Shown here one piece after another: positions 18,649 to 28,557 of a stretch of DNA of 64,000 nucleotides. Within the stretch, counting starts at the first letter, position 1. Every line of letters begins with the position of its first letter. The notes beneath the pieces were generated by a model that saw nothing but the letters and a program-made list of their open reading frames with translations, was not told where the DNA came from and did not search any database. The translations under genes and the position numbers were made by a program. Source of the stretch: a virus; the UHGV virus genome UHGV-0132465. One strand, given 5' to 3'.

Positions 18649-20716
18649 ATTCATGGCATCTGCATACAACCGTTTCGGTGAGCCAAACCCGAAAGCAACT
18701 AAGTATAAAAGTGGGGGAAGTGTGAAACGAGACTATCGTGATGAAAAAGAAGTTGAAACTGTAGAGACTGTTTTAGAAAATACTAAAATTGTCCCTGTTC
18801 CACAACAAAATATTGGACTGATGGCTGCACAATATTTTGGTGTACGATCATCGCTATCTCAAGAGGATGGTGTAACTGTTACTGCCACCTACTTCCCGTA
18901 TTATGACCGCTACGGTAATCTATCCGGCTTTAAAAAGCGGGACTGGACAATCCCTAAAGAGCAAAGGGGCCATTTCTCGGTTGTTGGCATAGTAAAGGCC
19001 AACTCCCAAATGTTTGGTCAAAAGCTGTGTGCATCCTCCAACAACCGTAAGCAGATTAACGTTTGTGAGGGAGAAGGTGATGTTATTGCAGCATGGCAGG
19101 CTGCATATCAGGTGCAAGTAAAAGGAATTCTCACCAATGCTAAAGCCCCAGCGAAGGTGAAGCAGTGGGCTAAAGAGGTCCAGGATGGGATCGATGCAGT
19201 TATCAACGGCGGCGATCTTGCAGGAAAACCCTGCCTACCTTTTGTTGGAATTAACTGCGGGTGTGCAAACGCAGTAGACACTTTTGCGAACAATGAGAAA
19301 TTTATCCGTAGCTACGGAACAGTGGTCCTTGCAATGGACAACGATGCAGCTAACGAGGTAGAGAAGCAAAAACACGTTATCAAAGGTGTTGAAGCCACAC
19401 ATAATATCGCAGCATTTTTGATGGCTGATAACGTTTACCACGTGGAATACCCAGGTGAGGTAAACGACCCTGATGGTGTAAAAGATATTCGTGACATGCT
19501 GAAGGCTAAAAAGCTGGAAGATATTGTCAACATGTTCCGTCACCCAGTCAAATATGTGCCTGATGCTGTATCTGATTTAGAAGACTTCTCCATTGAATCT
19601 CTTCGTAAGAAGACTTCCAATGGCGTGGATATTAGTGCAGAGTTCCCTAAACTGCAGAAGATGCTGAAAGGACTCCACAAAGGCACCTTGATGATGCTGA
19701 CAGGCCCGTCTGGCGGTGGTAAAACAACTGTAGCCAAGAAGCTGGAACATTGCATTGCAAGATACTTGATGGATCCAACATGCCCTAAAGCTGATGATTA
19801 TGAAGAGGATGATCGCCTGTGCCTGATTCACCTTGAAGAGGATCCTGAGGAAGCAATCAACTCTCTGTACGCTAACCAGCTGGGGTTTGATGTTAAAGAG
19901 TTTGTTGAAGACCCCAGTCAGTTCCTGACCGATCAGGAGCACGCTGAGATTCATCAATCTTGGGCCAAGGCCGGAAAAATCAAAGTGTTCAAGCATTTCG
20001 GCTCCATCCCTGTAGATGAGCTGATCACTAAGCTTAAACAAATGGTGTGCCTGTATCACTGCCGTTACATTGTGCTGGATCACTTGTCTATGGTGATTTC
20101 AGGGCTTAATGTTAAGGATGAGCGTAAAGAGCTTGACATGGCTATGACTCAACTAGCCGCGTTCTGTAAGCAGTTTAATGTGTTTATCTTGGTGATTGCT
20201 CACCTGAAGCGCACAGAGATTGTACCTCCGAAGGATAAGGATGGAAATCCGTTACCTTTCTGGTACCCTGTACGAAAAGAGAACCTTCGTGGTAGTGCCG
20301 GATTGGAGCAACTTAGCTGGGTGGTTGTCGGGGTAGAGGCAGAGGAGATGGTGGATCGTTCCCGTGGACGTGTCCGACTGGTAGGTCTTAAAAACCGCCC
20401 AGCAAAAACCTTAGGTATTGCAGACACTCTAGTTATGGATCCCCACACAGGCAAGTTCCATGATGCCAGCAACTGGTACTGGGACAAAGAAATGCAGATG
20501 TTTACAGACGGGGAAGGTGGGGAGGTTGTTTGGAGACCTCAGGCTATGTTTGAGGATCAGGAGCATGCAGTTGTAGAAACACCTGTAGGCAAGGTTGTGG
20601 CTGATAAGGTTATAACCCCTGCTGTTAACCCTGTTGACACACAGGAAGATCTTCAGTATGATGATCCGTCCTCTAACCACGTTCCTGGTTTTGAAGACGA
20701 CGAAACACCTTTTTAA
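18638..20716 (+). CDS. bifunctional primase-helicase (TOPRIM + DnaB-like helicase)
   Basis: TOPRIM-like CEGEGD and MDNDAANE; Walker A GPSGGGKTT; Walker B-like IVLDHLS. Confidence 0.85.
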   Translation: MGSKFMASAYNRFGEPNPKATKYKSGGSVKRDYRDEKEVETVETVLENTKIVPVPQQNIGLMAAQYFGVRSSLSQEDGVTVTATYFPYYDRYGNLSGFKKRDWTIPKEQRGHFSVVGIVKANSQMFGQKLCASSNNRKQINVCEGEGDVIAAWQAAYQVQVKGILTNAKAPAKVKQWAKEVQDGIDAVINGGDLAGKPCLPFVGINCGCANAVDTFANNEKFIRSYGTVVLAMDNDAANEVEKQKHVIKGVEATHNIAAFLMADNVYHVEYPGEVNDPDGVKDIRDMLKAKKLEDIVNMFRHPVKYVPDAVSDLEDFSIESLRKKTSNGVDISAEFPKLQKMLKGLHKGTLMMLTGPSGGGKTTVAKKLEHCIARYLMDPTCPKADDYEEDDRLCLIHLEEDPEEAINSLYANQLGFDVKEFVEDPSQFLTDQEHAEIHQSWAKAGKIKVFKHFGSIPVDELITKLKQMVCLYHCRYIVLDHLSMVISGLNVKDERKELDMAMTQLAAFCKQFNVFILVIAHLKRTEIVPPKDKDGNPLPFWYPVRKENLRGSAGLEQLSWVVVGVEAEEMVDRSRGRVRLVGLKNRPAKTLGIADTLVMDPHTGKFHDASNWYWDKEMQMFTDGEGGEVVWRPQAMFEDQEHAVVETPVGKVVADKVITPAVNPVDTQEDLQYDDPSSNHVPGFEDDETPF

Positions 20717-20774
20717 TGTTTAACCAAGAGTGGGAGGGGTAGTACAACCGCCTCCCCTTTAAGGAGAACTGTAT

Positions 20775-23552
20775 ATGAGTATGTGGTCTTTCGATTTTGA
20801 GGCCTCTGGCCTGCTGGAAGATCCAGATCTTTATTATCACTGCGGTTTGTTTAAAGAGTTGAATAAGAACCGTTTTATGCTGTTCCTTCCTCTAAATGAC
20901 CGCACACACTACTCTGAAGAGGATGTGGAGAAAGCTAAGAACTTCATTCTGGCAAAGAAGACCCTTTATACAGATTTTGATGTTCGCATAGCAGATTTTT
21001 CAGAGTTGGAGGGTTGGCTTACAGGTAACTCAGACTGGTCACCTACAGCTTTGAACTGTCATAACTGCTACAGCTACGACTTTATGCTGATGGAGAGATT
21101 ATCCGGTATTCATTTTGATATGTTCCGTGATCCTAAATGCATGGGAACTATCAACGACCACCAGGTTAATCTGTTTGATACGTTAGCGATGAGTCGAATC
21201 TTGTGGCCTGACCGCCCTTTGCCAAAAGGTTGTCCGGACGCAGTATTCAATCCAGTTACCAAGAAAATGCAGCCTGTTGGACCTCATGGTCTTATGGCAT
21301 GGGGCTATGCCCTTGGTAACCAGAAAGTTCAAATCGATGACTGGCGTGAGCTTCCGCTGTGGAAGTATGTGGATCGTGTGTTCGAGGACGTTATCATTCA
21401 GGAGTTGCTCTGGAAGGAGTTGGTAGCGGAATCAAAAGGTGTATTCTACGGCAAATCTGACATGCAGAACTTTATGTACGATCCTGCCAAAGAGAAGCCG
21501 AAAGGCTTCAAGAAGATCACCTGGAAGAACGCATTACGCCGAGGCATGTTACAGCACTTCCTGATGGAGCTGCAGGCTCGACAGGGGGTGTATTTCGACA
21601 TAGATGGGGCTATTGCTTTACGTGACCGTTGCGATGCGTGGATGAAAGAGATCGCTGATCGTGTTGAACCACAACTTCCTTTAAAAGAGCTATCAATGTC
21701 TCAGCGGCCTAAGTTTCCTGAAAAGCCGTTTAACCAGGATGGGACAATCTCCAATAATGGTTGGAAATGGTTAAAAGACAAGCTTGGCTACCCTGTAGAC
21801 ATGAGTGCTTTAGAGTTCAAAGCTCCTCCTAAGCGAGCATTTACCTCCACAGGGGATGTAAGTAAGATGGGGATAAAATGGTGTGAAGAGATGGGCTGTA
21901 AAGACCCCGATAAGATGGCTGATTTCTTAAGGGGGTATATCAAAGGAACTTCTACACCACACCCTTTACCTAAAGAGCTGATGGATCAGGCGATAAGTGA
22001 CCTACAGCAGAAGCGAATGCCTGACTGCAAGATACCTATGAAAATCAGCAATCAGGACGACATCAAGCGATACCTGATCAGTGCTGGTTGGCTCCCAACA
22101 ATGTGGAGAACTAAGGATGTAACTAAGGACAGCAAGAAGAAAGCTTTACCTGATGCAGATGTTGATGCACGAGTATATGCATATATGGACGAGCTTTTGG
22201 AGTCAGAGTATTGTGACCTAATTATCAACTTCTGGAACAAAACTGATGCTAAGTTTCAGACAACTGTACATAAGTTCAGAAGCTTCCCTAACTCTGAAAG
22301 AATTAAAAAGGAAGTGTTCGGGAAAATACGTAGAAAAGCCAGAGCGCTTATTACTTCTCCGCAACTGAAAGATACGTTTGGACACCTATGTCCGAATCTT
22401 GAAAAATTGAACGGAGAGATGGCTAAAGATATCGTTTTGTGGTTATCATTGCGAAACCGCAGATCGGTCCTTGATCCAATCAAGGAAGATAAGGTCGATA
22501 CTGGTCTTCTTAATCATCCACGTTTGAAGATTGACCACAAGCTTCCTGCTAAAAGTTCTGGATTAACAAACACTTCCAGACAGAAACATAGTATTTGTGC
22601 AAACATGCCTAAACCATCTCCTAAAGTGGTTATGGGTAAAGAGATGCGTAGTCTGTGGGGTGTTCCTCCGGGATACTTTGAGATCGGTATTGACGGATCC
22701 AACTTAGAGCAACTCATCGGGGCCTGGGGTGCCTTTGAGTTTGACAACGGTCTGTATTATGATGTTGTAAGTAACGGGGACGCGCACCAAAACAATGCTG
22801 AGGCATATACAAAAGTAGCAGGTAGAGAGGTGTCTCGTAACGATGGTAAACCTATCACGTATGGGGTTATGTATGGGGCACAAAAAGATAAAGTTGCAGA
22901 TATGCTGGATATCTCTCCAGAACTGGGGCAGAGAGTAATTGATGCTCTCTGGGATGCCAACCCAGGTCTTAAGGGGCGCAAAGAGGATCTGGAGAAATTC
23001 TGGGAAGCAACAGGTAAGAAATTTATCTACTCTTTTGACGGGCATGCCATTTGGACCCGCTCTAAACACTCTTTGCTTAATGCATATCAGCAAAATGGCG
23101 GTGCATCGTTGTGCGACTTGGTCGGAATCCTCATGCACCACCAAATGGTGAAGCGTGGATGGTATGATGAAGGTGTTCGTCGTATTATTTATTACCATGA
23201 CGAATATCAGCTTCAAGTGCCTGACACCCCTAAGTATAAAACTGTATACACCTTCGACACAATTGAAGAGCTGGAAACATTTAAGGCCAAGCAGGAGGCT
23301 AAACTTCATGTGTTCGACGGTCATAAGTACAAAAAGGCACGCAAGGATGAGGATGGAAACGAAGTGGTTGACAAGGACGGAAATACGGTATATGATCCTA
23401 TCTTGAATGATGACGGAAAGCTTGAACTTATCTGGAGCCCTGTGGGCGAAATGGTGGTGCATTGCTTCTGGCAGGCTTCTAAAATGATGGGCGTTCCGTT
23501 CCAGATCACAGGTGAATACTTGTGCGGTCGTAACTGGGGCGATTGTCACTAA
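20775..23552 (+). CDS. family A DNA polymerase with 3'-5' exonuclease domain
   Basis: FDFEASGL exo motif; motif B R..K....YG (REVSRNDGKPITYGVMYG); motif C YYHDEYQ; AAGGAG RBS. Confidence 0.9.
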   Translation: MSMWSFDFEASGLLEDPDLYYHCGLFKELNKNRFMLFLPLNDRTHYSEEDVEKAKNFILAKKTLYTDFDVRIADFSELEGWLTGNSDWSPTALNCHNCYSYDFMLMERLSGIHFDMFRDPKCMGTINDHQVNLFDTLAMSRILWPDRPLPKGCPDAVFNPVTKKMQPVGPHGLMAWGYALGNQKVQIDDWRELPLWKYVDRVFEDVIIQELLWKELVAESKGVFYGKSDMQNFMYDPAKEKPKGFKKITWKNALRRGMLQHFLMELQARQGVYFDIDGAIALRDRCDAWMKEIADRVEPQLPLKELSMSQRPKFPEKPFNQDGTISNNGWKWLKDKLGYPVDMSALEFKAPPKRAFTSTGDVSKMGIKWCEEMGCKDPDKMADFLRGYIKGTSTPHPLPKELMDQAISDLQQKRMPDCKIPMKISNQDDIKRYLISAGWLPTMWRTKDVTKDSKKKALPDADVDARVYAYMDELLESEYCDLIINFWNKTDAKFQTTVHKFRSFPNSERIKKEVFGKIRRKARALITSPQLKDTFGHLCPNLEKLNGEMAKDIVLWLSLRNRRSVLDPIKEDKVDTGLLNHPRLKIDHKLPAKSSGLTNTSRQKHSICANMPKPSPKVVMGKEMRSLWGVPPGYFEIGIDGSNLEQLIGAWGAFEFDNGLYYDVVSNGDAHQNNAEAYTKVAGREVSRNDGKPITYGVMYGAQKDKVADMLDISPELGQRVIDALWDANPGLKGRKEDLEKFWEATGKKFIYSFDGHAIWTRSKHSLLNAYQQNGGASLCDLVGILMHHQMVKRGWYDEGVRRIIYYHDEYQLQVPDTPKYKTVYTFDTIEELETFKAKQEAKLHVFDGHKYKKARKDEDGNEVVDKDGNTVYDPILNDDGKLELIWSPVGEMVVHCFWQASKMMGVPFQITGEYLCGRNWGDCH

Positions 23553-23603
23553 TGTAAACTATCAACACACGGAAGTGTTGTTAGACAAAGAGAGGAGACT
23601 TTT

Positions 23604-23888
23604 ATGGTAGTAGAACCAACAAAAACATTTACCTCCATGACTATCCCTGTCATTATGCAGGTAGAGTGCGTTCAGGTGTCCCAAGTGTGGCCCGGTACTA
23701 AAATTCCAACAGGGCCTGATTTCTTTCAGGTCGGCAAAGTGTATAATGTCTGGAAGGCACCGGATTGTTACCCTTTCATTAAAGATGACCGTGGAATGTT
23801 ATGGTATCTGGGGAATGATTTGACACTGCATCTTGGAAATGCTATTATTGCAGTGTTCCGGCTCAACAAGAAGGAGACAGATCAATGA
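23604..23888 (+). CDS. hypothetical protein, tandem paralogue 1 of 3
   Basis: shares GKVY...DD.G..WY motif with the next two ORFs. Confidence 0.5.
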   Translation: MVVEPTKTFTSMTIPVIMQVECVQVSQVWPGTKIPTGPDFFQVGKVYNVWKAPDCYPFIKDDRGMLWYLGNDLTLHLGNAIIAVFRLNKKETDQ

Positions 23889-24112
23889 CAACTTTGGTTA
23901 AAGCTACGTTTGTAGAAGAAAAGATGACAGACCTGTCATTCTTTGAAGAAGGTAAGGTCTACAAGGTTTATTACGATAAGGATCGCAGGAACAATATGAT
24001 CGAAGACGAGGACGGTATCTCCTGGTATATCTCCCATCTGGCAAATGGTGAGTATCATATCTATGGGACCACCCTACTTGCCAAGTTTGTAGTTGTTGAA
24101 GAGGATCTATGA
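23885..24112 (+). CDS. hypothetical protein, tandem paralogue 2 of 3
   Basis: overlapping stop/start; shared motif. Confidence 0.5.
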   Translation: MTTLVKATFVEEKMTDLSFFEEGKVYKVYYDKDRRNNMIEDEDGISWYISHLANGEYHIYGTTLLAKFVVVEEDL

Positions 24113-24303
24113 AAGTAAAGTATCTGGCTGAAGGTATGAGTAGGTATTTTACCCTTGGGGAAGAGTATTGGCCCTTCACGGAAAATGGAGATGTATACGT
24201 GAAGGATGACCAAGGTGTGCCGTGGTTTCTGCACCATAATGGGTTGGGATATTCCATCTACTGCGGTGCGGTGAACAACACAACCCTTGCAGAGTTTGTA
24301 TAG
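24109..24303 (+). CDS. hypothetical protein, tandem paralogue 3 of 3
   Basis: overlapping stop/start; shared motif. Confidence 0.5.
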   Translation: MKVKYLAEGMSRYFTLGEEYWPFTENGDVYVKDDQGVPWFLHHNGLGYSIYCGAVNNTTLAEFV

Positions 24304-24313
24304 AGGAGGTAGA

Positions 24314-24685
24314 ATGTTAGTAAAAGGTACCCACACAGTCAAGCAACGTATTGAAGTTGAGATTGATGACTGCGAGCTGAAGCATATTTTACAGTCATGC
24401 TCCAACGTTTTGCTCCTCAGTATTCTCCAGGAGCGAGCGGAGAACGAGTTCTTAAATGCACTGGCAGGCCGCCCCGGTGACTTCTGTGTGCGTAAGCGTG
24501 GTGACAACAAGTCATGGTTGTGGGAAATCGATGCCGACTGGGATTACCACAAAAATGAGGGTATAGATGAGCCTATTCGTGAATTGACAGACAAAGAGAT
24601 TCAGATGTACAATGAAGTTTGTCATTGGGCAAAACGCCAACAAATTTACCTCGACCCTGTGTGGCTGATTGAAAATAGCCATTGA
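24314..24685 (+). CDS. hypothetical protein (123 aa)
   Basis: start set at ATG after GAGGAGG RBS. Confidence 0.5.
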   Translation: MLVKGTHTVKQRIEVEIDDCELKHILQSCSNVLLLSILQERAENEFLNALAGRPGDFCVRKRGDNKSWLWEIDADWDYHKNEGIDEPIRELTDKEIQMYNEVCHWAKRQQIYLDPVWLIENSH

Positions 24686-24760
24686 CAAGAAGTAAGATTA
24701 GATATAAGATGCTTCACACAAACAGAGCGTTGATTTCAAATAATTAAGGAGACCTCCAAG

Positions 24761-25015
24761 ATGAAAATCACTTTGAAGCCAGAATGCGTTGCAAATGACC
24801 GAGCTTTTAAAGATTGCACAGTCGGTGCAATTTATGAAGCAGAGTTTTGTGAGAATCCCCTGGTAAAAGCCCTTCTGGAAGAAGGGGCCCCTTTATCACA
24901 AGAAGAGATTGATGAGCTGGAAAACTCAGCACAGTGCCTTACCTTTAAAGATGATGAAGGAGACTCTGTCTGGTGCACTGTTAATGAAGTAGTTTTTGTA
25001 AAACCTGAACATTAA
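24761..25015 (+). CDS. hypothetical protein, paralogue pair A
   Basis: shares DRAFKDCT...KDDEGD motif with 25079-25351. Confidence 0.5.
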   Translation: MKITLKPECVANDRAFKDCTVGAIYEAEFCENPLVKALLEEGAPLSQEEIDELENSAQCLTFKDDEGDSVWCTVNEVVFVKPEH

Positions 25016-25018
25016 TAC

Positions 25019-25047
25019 TTGACAACAGTGATGGGGCCTAATATAAT
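25019..25047 (+). promoter_or_regulatory. sigma70-like promoter (TTGACA-17-TATAAT)
   Basis: perfect consensus hexamers with 17-bp spacer upstream of 25079. Confidence 0.6.
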
Positions 25048-25078
25048 GGCCCTATCAAAACGAAAGGAGACCACAGCA

Positions 25079-25351
25079 ATGACCAAACAATATCAACGAA
25101 TTAAAGCCAAGGTTAAGCCAGACTATCTGGAGAAGGACTCTGCTTTTCGGGACTGCACAGCAGACAAAATTTACACAGGGGCCGTCCTGCTAAACGATGA
25201 ATTTGAAGTGGATGTGCTAGGTAAGGAGGCTACTATCAAGGATGACCAGGGAGATTATGTTTGCTGCACCACACGTGAGCTAGAAATCTTAGAATACTTC
25301 GGTGAAATCTTCACCTCTCTTGATGATTACTTAGATGACGAGGCAGAGTGA
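25079..25351 (+). CDS. hypothetical protein, paralogue pair B
   Basis: start at ATG after AAGGAG RBS; DSAFRDCT...KDDQGD motif. Confidence 0.5.
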   Translation: MTKQYQRIKAKVKPDYLEKDSAFRDCTADKIYTGAVLLNDEFEVDVLGKEATIKDDQGDYVCCTTRELEILEYFGEIFTSLDDYLDDEAE

Positions 25352-25752
25352 TGAAAAACATTTGGGATATTAATATCTTTGAAGCCTCTGAGCTTGACGG
25401 TGCCGATGGGGTTATTATAGTTTCTGATGGAAAGGCAACACTGACCTCTGGACTGACCTATGAGGACACTACCTACGCACTGGGAGATCTTGCCTTGTTG
25501 AAATCAACAGGTGACTCTCTGGAAGAACGTCTGCAAGGATTTGCCTTTAAAGAAGGCACAAGCACCACACTGATGTGCACTACACGCACTGTTCAGTTGG
25601 GCAACGGGGTCTATATGGTCATTGCAGTGTGCCCCAAATTTAGCAACATCAATAAAGATGATGCTGACGCTGTCAACGACGTGGTTGTCCTCTTCGTTGG
25701 TGACGCTATGGCAGATCTGATGAATGCAGGAGAAGCAGCAAATGAAGACTGA
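25348..25752 (+). CDS. hypothetical protein (134 aa)
   Basis: ORF in co-oriented compact block. Confidence 0.5.
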   Translation: MMKNIWDINIFEASELDGADGVIIVSDGKATLTSGLTYEDTTYALGDLALLKSTGDSLEERLQGFAFKEGTSTTLMCTTRTVQLGNGVYMVIAVCPKFSNINKDDADAVNDVVVLFVGDAMADLMNAGEAANED

Positions 25753-26044
25753 AAACATCAACCCAACAGGATTCTTGAAAGTATACCGTGAACTGCTGTA
25801 TACTACAGAAGATAGTGTTCTAGAGTATCCAGAATATCTTTTGCTGTATAAGTATCTACAGGAAGCTGGTGAAAATCTACCAGTTAGTGCAGAAGGCGGT
25901 CCGAACTGGATATACAGCGCATGGAGAAAGGTTGACATTCTCCCAGATCCAGGAAAAGATATGGTAGTTTGGCAGCTTATCAACAACATCGGGATTCCAA
26001 TCTTTGATGAGGCTGTTAAAATCTATTTTGAACTTGACGATTAA
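25742..26044 (+). CDS. hypothetical protein (100 aa)
   Basis: start at ATG after GGAGAAG RBS, overlapping upstream stop. Confidence 0.5.
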   Translation: MKTENINPTGFLKVYRELLYTTEDSVLEYPEYLLLYKYLQEAGENLPVSAEGGPNWIYSAWRKVDILPDPGKDMVVWQLINNIGIPIFDEAVKIYFELDD

Positions 26045-26061
26045 TATCAGGAGACCTTAAG

Positions 26062-26307
26062 ATGGCTGAAGTAGTTGCTCGCGCAGGACAGAAAGTACGT
26101 TGTGTTGAAGTTGGTTTCGGCGGCAAAGGTTGCCAGAACCTAACACAAGGTAAGGAATACGCTGTTATTTCTGGTGGTGGCGATAAGAGCATTGTGTTCG
26201 ATGACCATATTCTGGATGTTGAAAACTTTGAAATAATTGACGATGATGGTGATCCGATCACCTGCCTGCTGAACGGGAGTTGGGGTACTTTCGAAGTAAT
26301 TGGCTAA
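26062..26307 (+). CDS. hypothetical protein (81 aa)
   Basis: ORF with GGAGAC RBS. Confidence 0.5.
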   Translation: MAEVVARAGQKVRCVEVGFGGKGCQNLTQGKEYAVISGGGDKSIVFDDHILDVENFEIIDDDGDPITCLLNGSWGTFEVIG

Positions 26308-26390
26308 CAAATACCTGTTGTAATTTGCAGAAGGAGATGCTAAAATGGTGTCTCCTTCTATGTTGTTCAAATAAAATCGGAGATTCCATA

Positions 26391-26756
26391 ATGGAACAAA
26401 TGAACGATCAAGCGTCGGTTGCGATGAACGAGCAAGAACAACCTCAAGAATTTTTCTTAGGGTTAAGTAAAGATCAAGTGTCTCTTCTGCTAGTGCTTTC
26501 TTCTTTCATGGGAAGACTTCAGGAGCTTACACAACAGCCAGAGGCTGAACAATTATTCCAGGCTCTGCGTGAAGAAGAAAAATATCGTCGTTTGGACTAT
26601 GCCTTAGGTTGGGTAGCTCAACAACGAGATATGCTGATGGCCCTCTCTGGGACCACAAGTTTTGCAATGGGCCTGTTGGCTCAAGTTCAGGACAAATTAA
26701 TTCAAGCAGGGTTTGCACACACGGCAAACACTAACGAAGAACAAGGAGATAAATAA
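26391..26756 (+). CDS. hypothetical protein (121 aa)
   Basis: start at ATG after GGAGA RBS. Confidence 0.5.
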   Translation: MEQMNDQASVAMNEQEQPQEFFLGLSKDQVSLLLVLSSFMGRLQELTQQPEAEQLFQALREEEKYRRLDYALGWVAQQRDMLMALSGTTSFAMGLLAQVQDKLIQAGFAHTANTNEEQGDK

Positions 26757-27982
26757 TGAGCGTTATTCAACAATTCGCTAACCCGATGAATCCGCGTGAA
26801 ACTGTTTTACTGGCTCACGGCATGATTAAACGTGTCAGCATCAAGCCTATCAAAGGTGCTGATCCTACAACAGGTATTAAAACCACTGTGTGGCAAGGTA
26901 AGAAAATTGAATCCAGCCACACCATCTCTTTACTGATTTCTGAACTGGATTCCTCTGATAACCTGCTTCAAGGTGGTGAAGAAGTTTGGATCAGTATGGG
27001 TGATAAGCTGCTTAAACCGGGTCATCAAGACTCTGTCTCTGTTAAAATTGATGACAAGTGGGAAACTGTAACGCCAGGATGGATCGTAAATATCCCTTTG
27101 AAGGCAAACGAGCATAACGGTAAGACCTATTACAAAGGCTCCCTGGCTAAGATGGTCAAGCTGGGTGCAGGAGAGGCTCCAGCAGCGACTCAGCAGCAAA
27201 AACAGCAACAAGGTGCACAATCACAAGGCCAGAAGCAGAAACCTCAGCAGAATGCCAATCAGGACGTTTTACGCATCTATGGCGATGTGACTCAGATTGT
27301 TGGCAACGTGGTTACTGTCAATGATCACAAGATTGGTGAAGGTGCTATGGTTGTCTCTGATGAGCAGCTTAAAGACCTGGTGGTAGGTGGTCGTGTTGCA
27401 GCTATTGTTGACAAAGACACCGGGAATATTATCAGCGGTTTTAAAGCCTACCCCCCAAAGGCAGAGAACAGCACTCAAGGCTCTGGTGGTAAGCGTAAAT
27501 CTTCTTATGATCCTATCGGTGTAGAAACAGGGCATAGCATCAATGCGTTGCAAATCATCCTGGATCGCGGGTTTAAGGTAGACAATCCTTTAGACGTGGC
27601 TAAAACACTACACGTTGTCACCATTGAGCTTAAGAAAGAGTACGCTCAAGCCACCAACCGAACTGAAGATGAAGTAGGTGCCAGTGTTGGTAATGCGGTA
27701 TTGAACGCTTGTCGCCGTATTGACAAGAAAACGAAAGTTGACGATTTTGCAGTAGCAATTACTGCAGAAGCAAAAGATGTCTTGACTAATCTTGCTGAAC
27801 CGTTGTATGATTGGATCAAGAACGGTGCTGGGGCCACTGACCATCAAGAACCTCAAGCTGCCAAACAGGAGGCCGCTCCACAGCAAAACACTGTAGACGC
27901 TCCTCCTGTAGATGATGGGGAAGACGACCCTATGGATCAGAATCCAGCACAGTACGCCTTTGATGATGACATTCCTTTTTAA
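26756..27982 (+). CDS. ssDNA-binding-protein-like protein with Gln-rich linker and E. coli SSB-type C-terminal tail
   Basis: ends in AFDDDIPF, matching the E. coli SSB C-terminal DDDIPF tip; Gln-rich low-complexity linker; N-terminal fold not recognisable by eye. Confidence 0.55.
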   Translation: MSVIQQFANPMNPRETVLLAHGMIKRVSIKPIKGADPTTGIKTTVWQGKKIESSHTISLLISELDSSDNLLQGGEEVWISMGDKLLKPGHQDSVSVKIDDKWETVTPGWIVNIPLKANEHNGKTYYKGSLAKMVKLGAGEAPAATQQQKQQQGAQSQGQKQKPQQNANQDVLRIYGDVTQIVGNVVTVNDHKIGEGAMVVSDEQLKDLVVGGRVAAIVDKDTGNIISGFKAYPPKAENSTQGSGGKRKSSYDPIGVETGHSINALQIILDRGFKVDNPLDVAKTLHVVTIELKKEYAQATNRTEDEVGASVGNAVLNACRRIDKKTKVDDFAVAITAEAKDVLTNLAEPLYDWIKNGAGATDHQEPQAAKQEAAPQQNTVDAPPVDDGEDDPMDQNPAQYAFDDDIPF

Positions 27983-27997
27983 CATCTAGTTAACATA

Positions 27998-28025
27998 GCC
28001 CTGCCCGAAAGGGTGGGGCATTTTT
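27998..28025 (+). terminator. intrinsic terminator, second copy of the 17839 hairpin
   Basis: identical GCCCTGCCC-GAAA-GGGTGGGGC stem-loop followed by T-run. Confidence 0.7.
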
Positions 28026-28044
28026 GTATAAGGAGGCCTGAAAA

Positions 28045-28461
28045 ATGACATTAGAAGATATCATTGTTAAACCTGAGAACTATGACCAATACAATCTATC
28101 AACTCAATCTGTGGACCTTGGATGCGCCACTGTCAGTGCGTGGCTGGTTAACGGAAAAGAGCTGGATAAATGCTTAGAAGCTCACATAACTGTTAACAAG
28201 TTCCTTGATGAAAATACTCACTGGCTTGAGGGTGCAGGTGTATACGCTTCGTGGCTAGAGAGTATGGGATTTGACTACCAATCTGAAGAGGGGTGGTGGA
28301 GCTATCTGGCTATCTGTCCGGAGACGTTGCAATGCTTCATGAAATATTCTGAGGATTTGGAGTACCGGGCGGTGGTTGACAGTGCTATTGCCCGTTATAG
28401 CCGCAAACCTTTTTCCCACGACATTAAAACTGTGGGAGAATTTGTTGAAGTTTTCTGTTGA
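28045..28461 (+). CDS. hypothetical protein (138 aa)
   Basis: ORF with AGGAGG RBS. Confidence 0.5.
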   Translation: MTLEDIIVKPENYDQYNLSTQSVDLGCATVSAWLVNGKELDKCLEAHITVNKFLDENTHWLEGAGVYASWLESMGFDYQSEEGWWSYLAICPETLQCFMKYSEDLEYRAVVDSAIARYSRKPFSHDIKTVGEFVEVFC

Positions 28462-28557
28462 CACAGGTTGTAAGGTGTGCAATTATAACCTTGTTGAGCT
28501 GGAGGATGTGATGAACGAAGAAAACTGGGATGTGTAACTAACAGGAGGCCACTGCCC

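Noticed and set aside
19577-23549. Long antisense ORFs inside the primase-helicase and polymerase genes (for example 19577-20083 and 22704-23549, minus strand)
   Set aside because: They are fully embedded antisense to strongly supported genes, have no RBS and give low-complexity translations.
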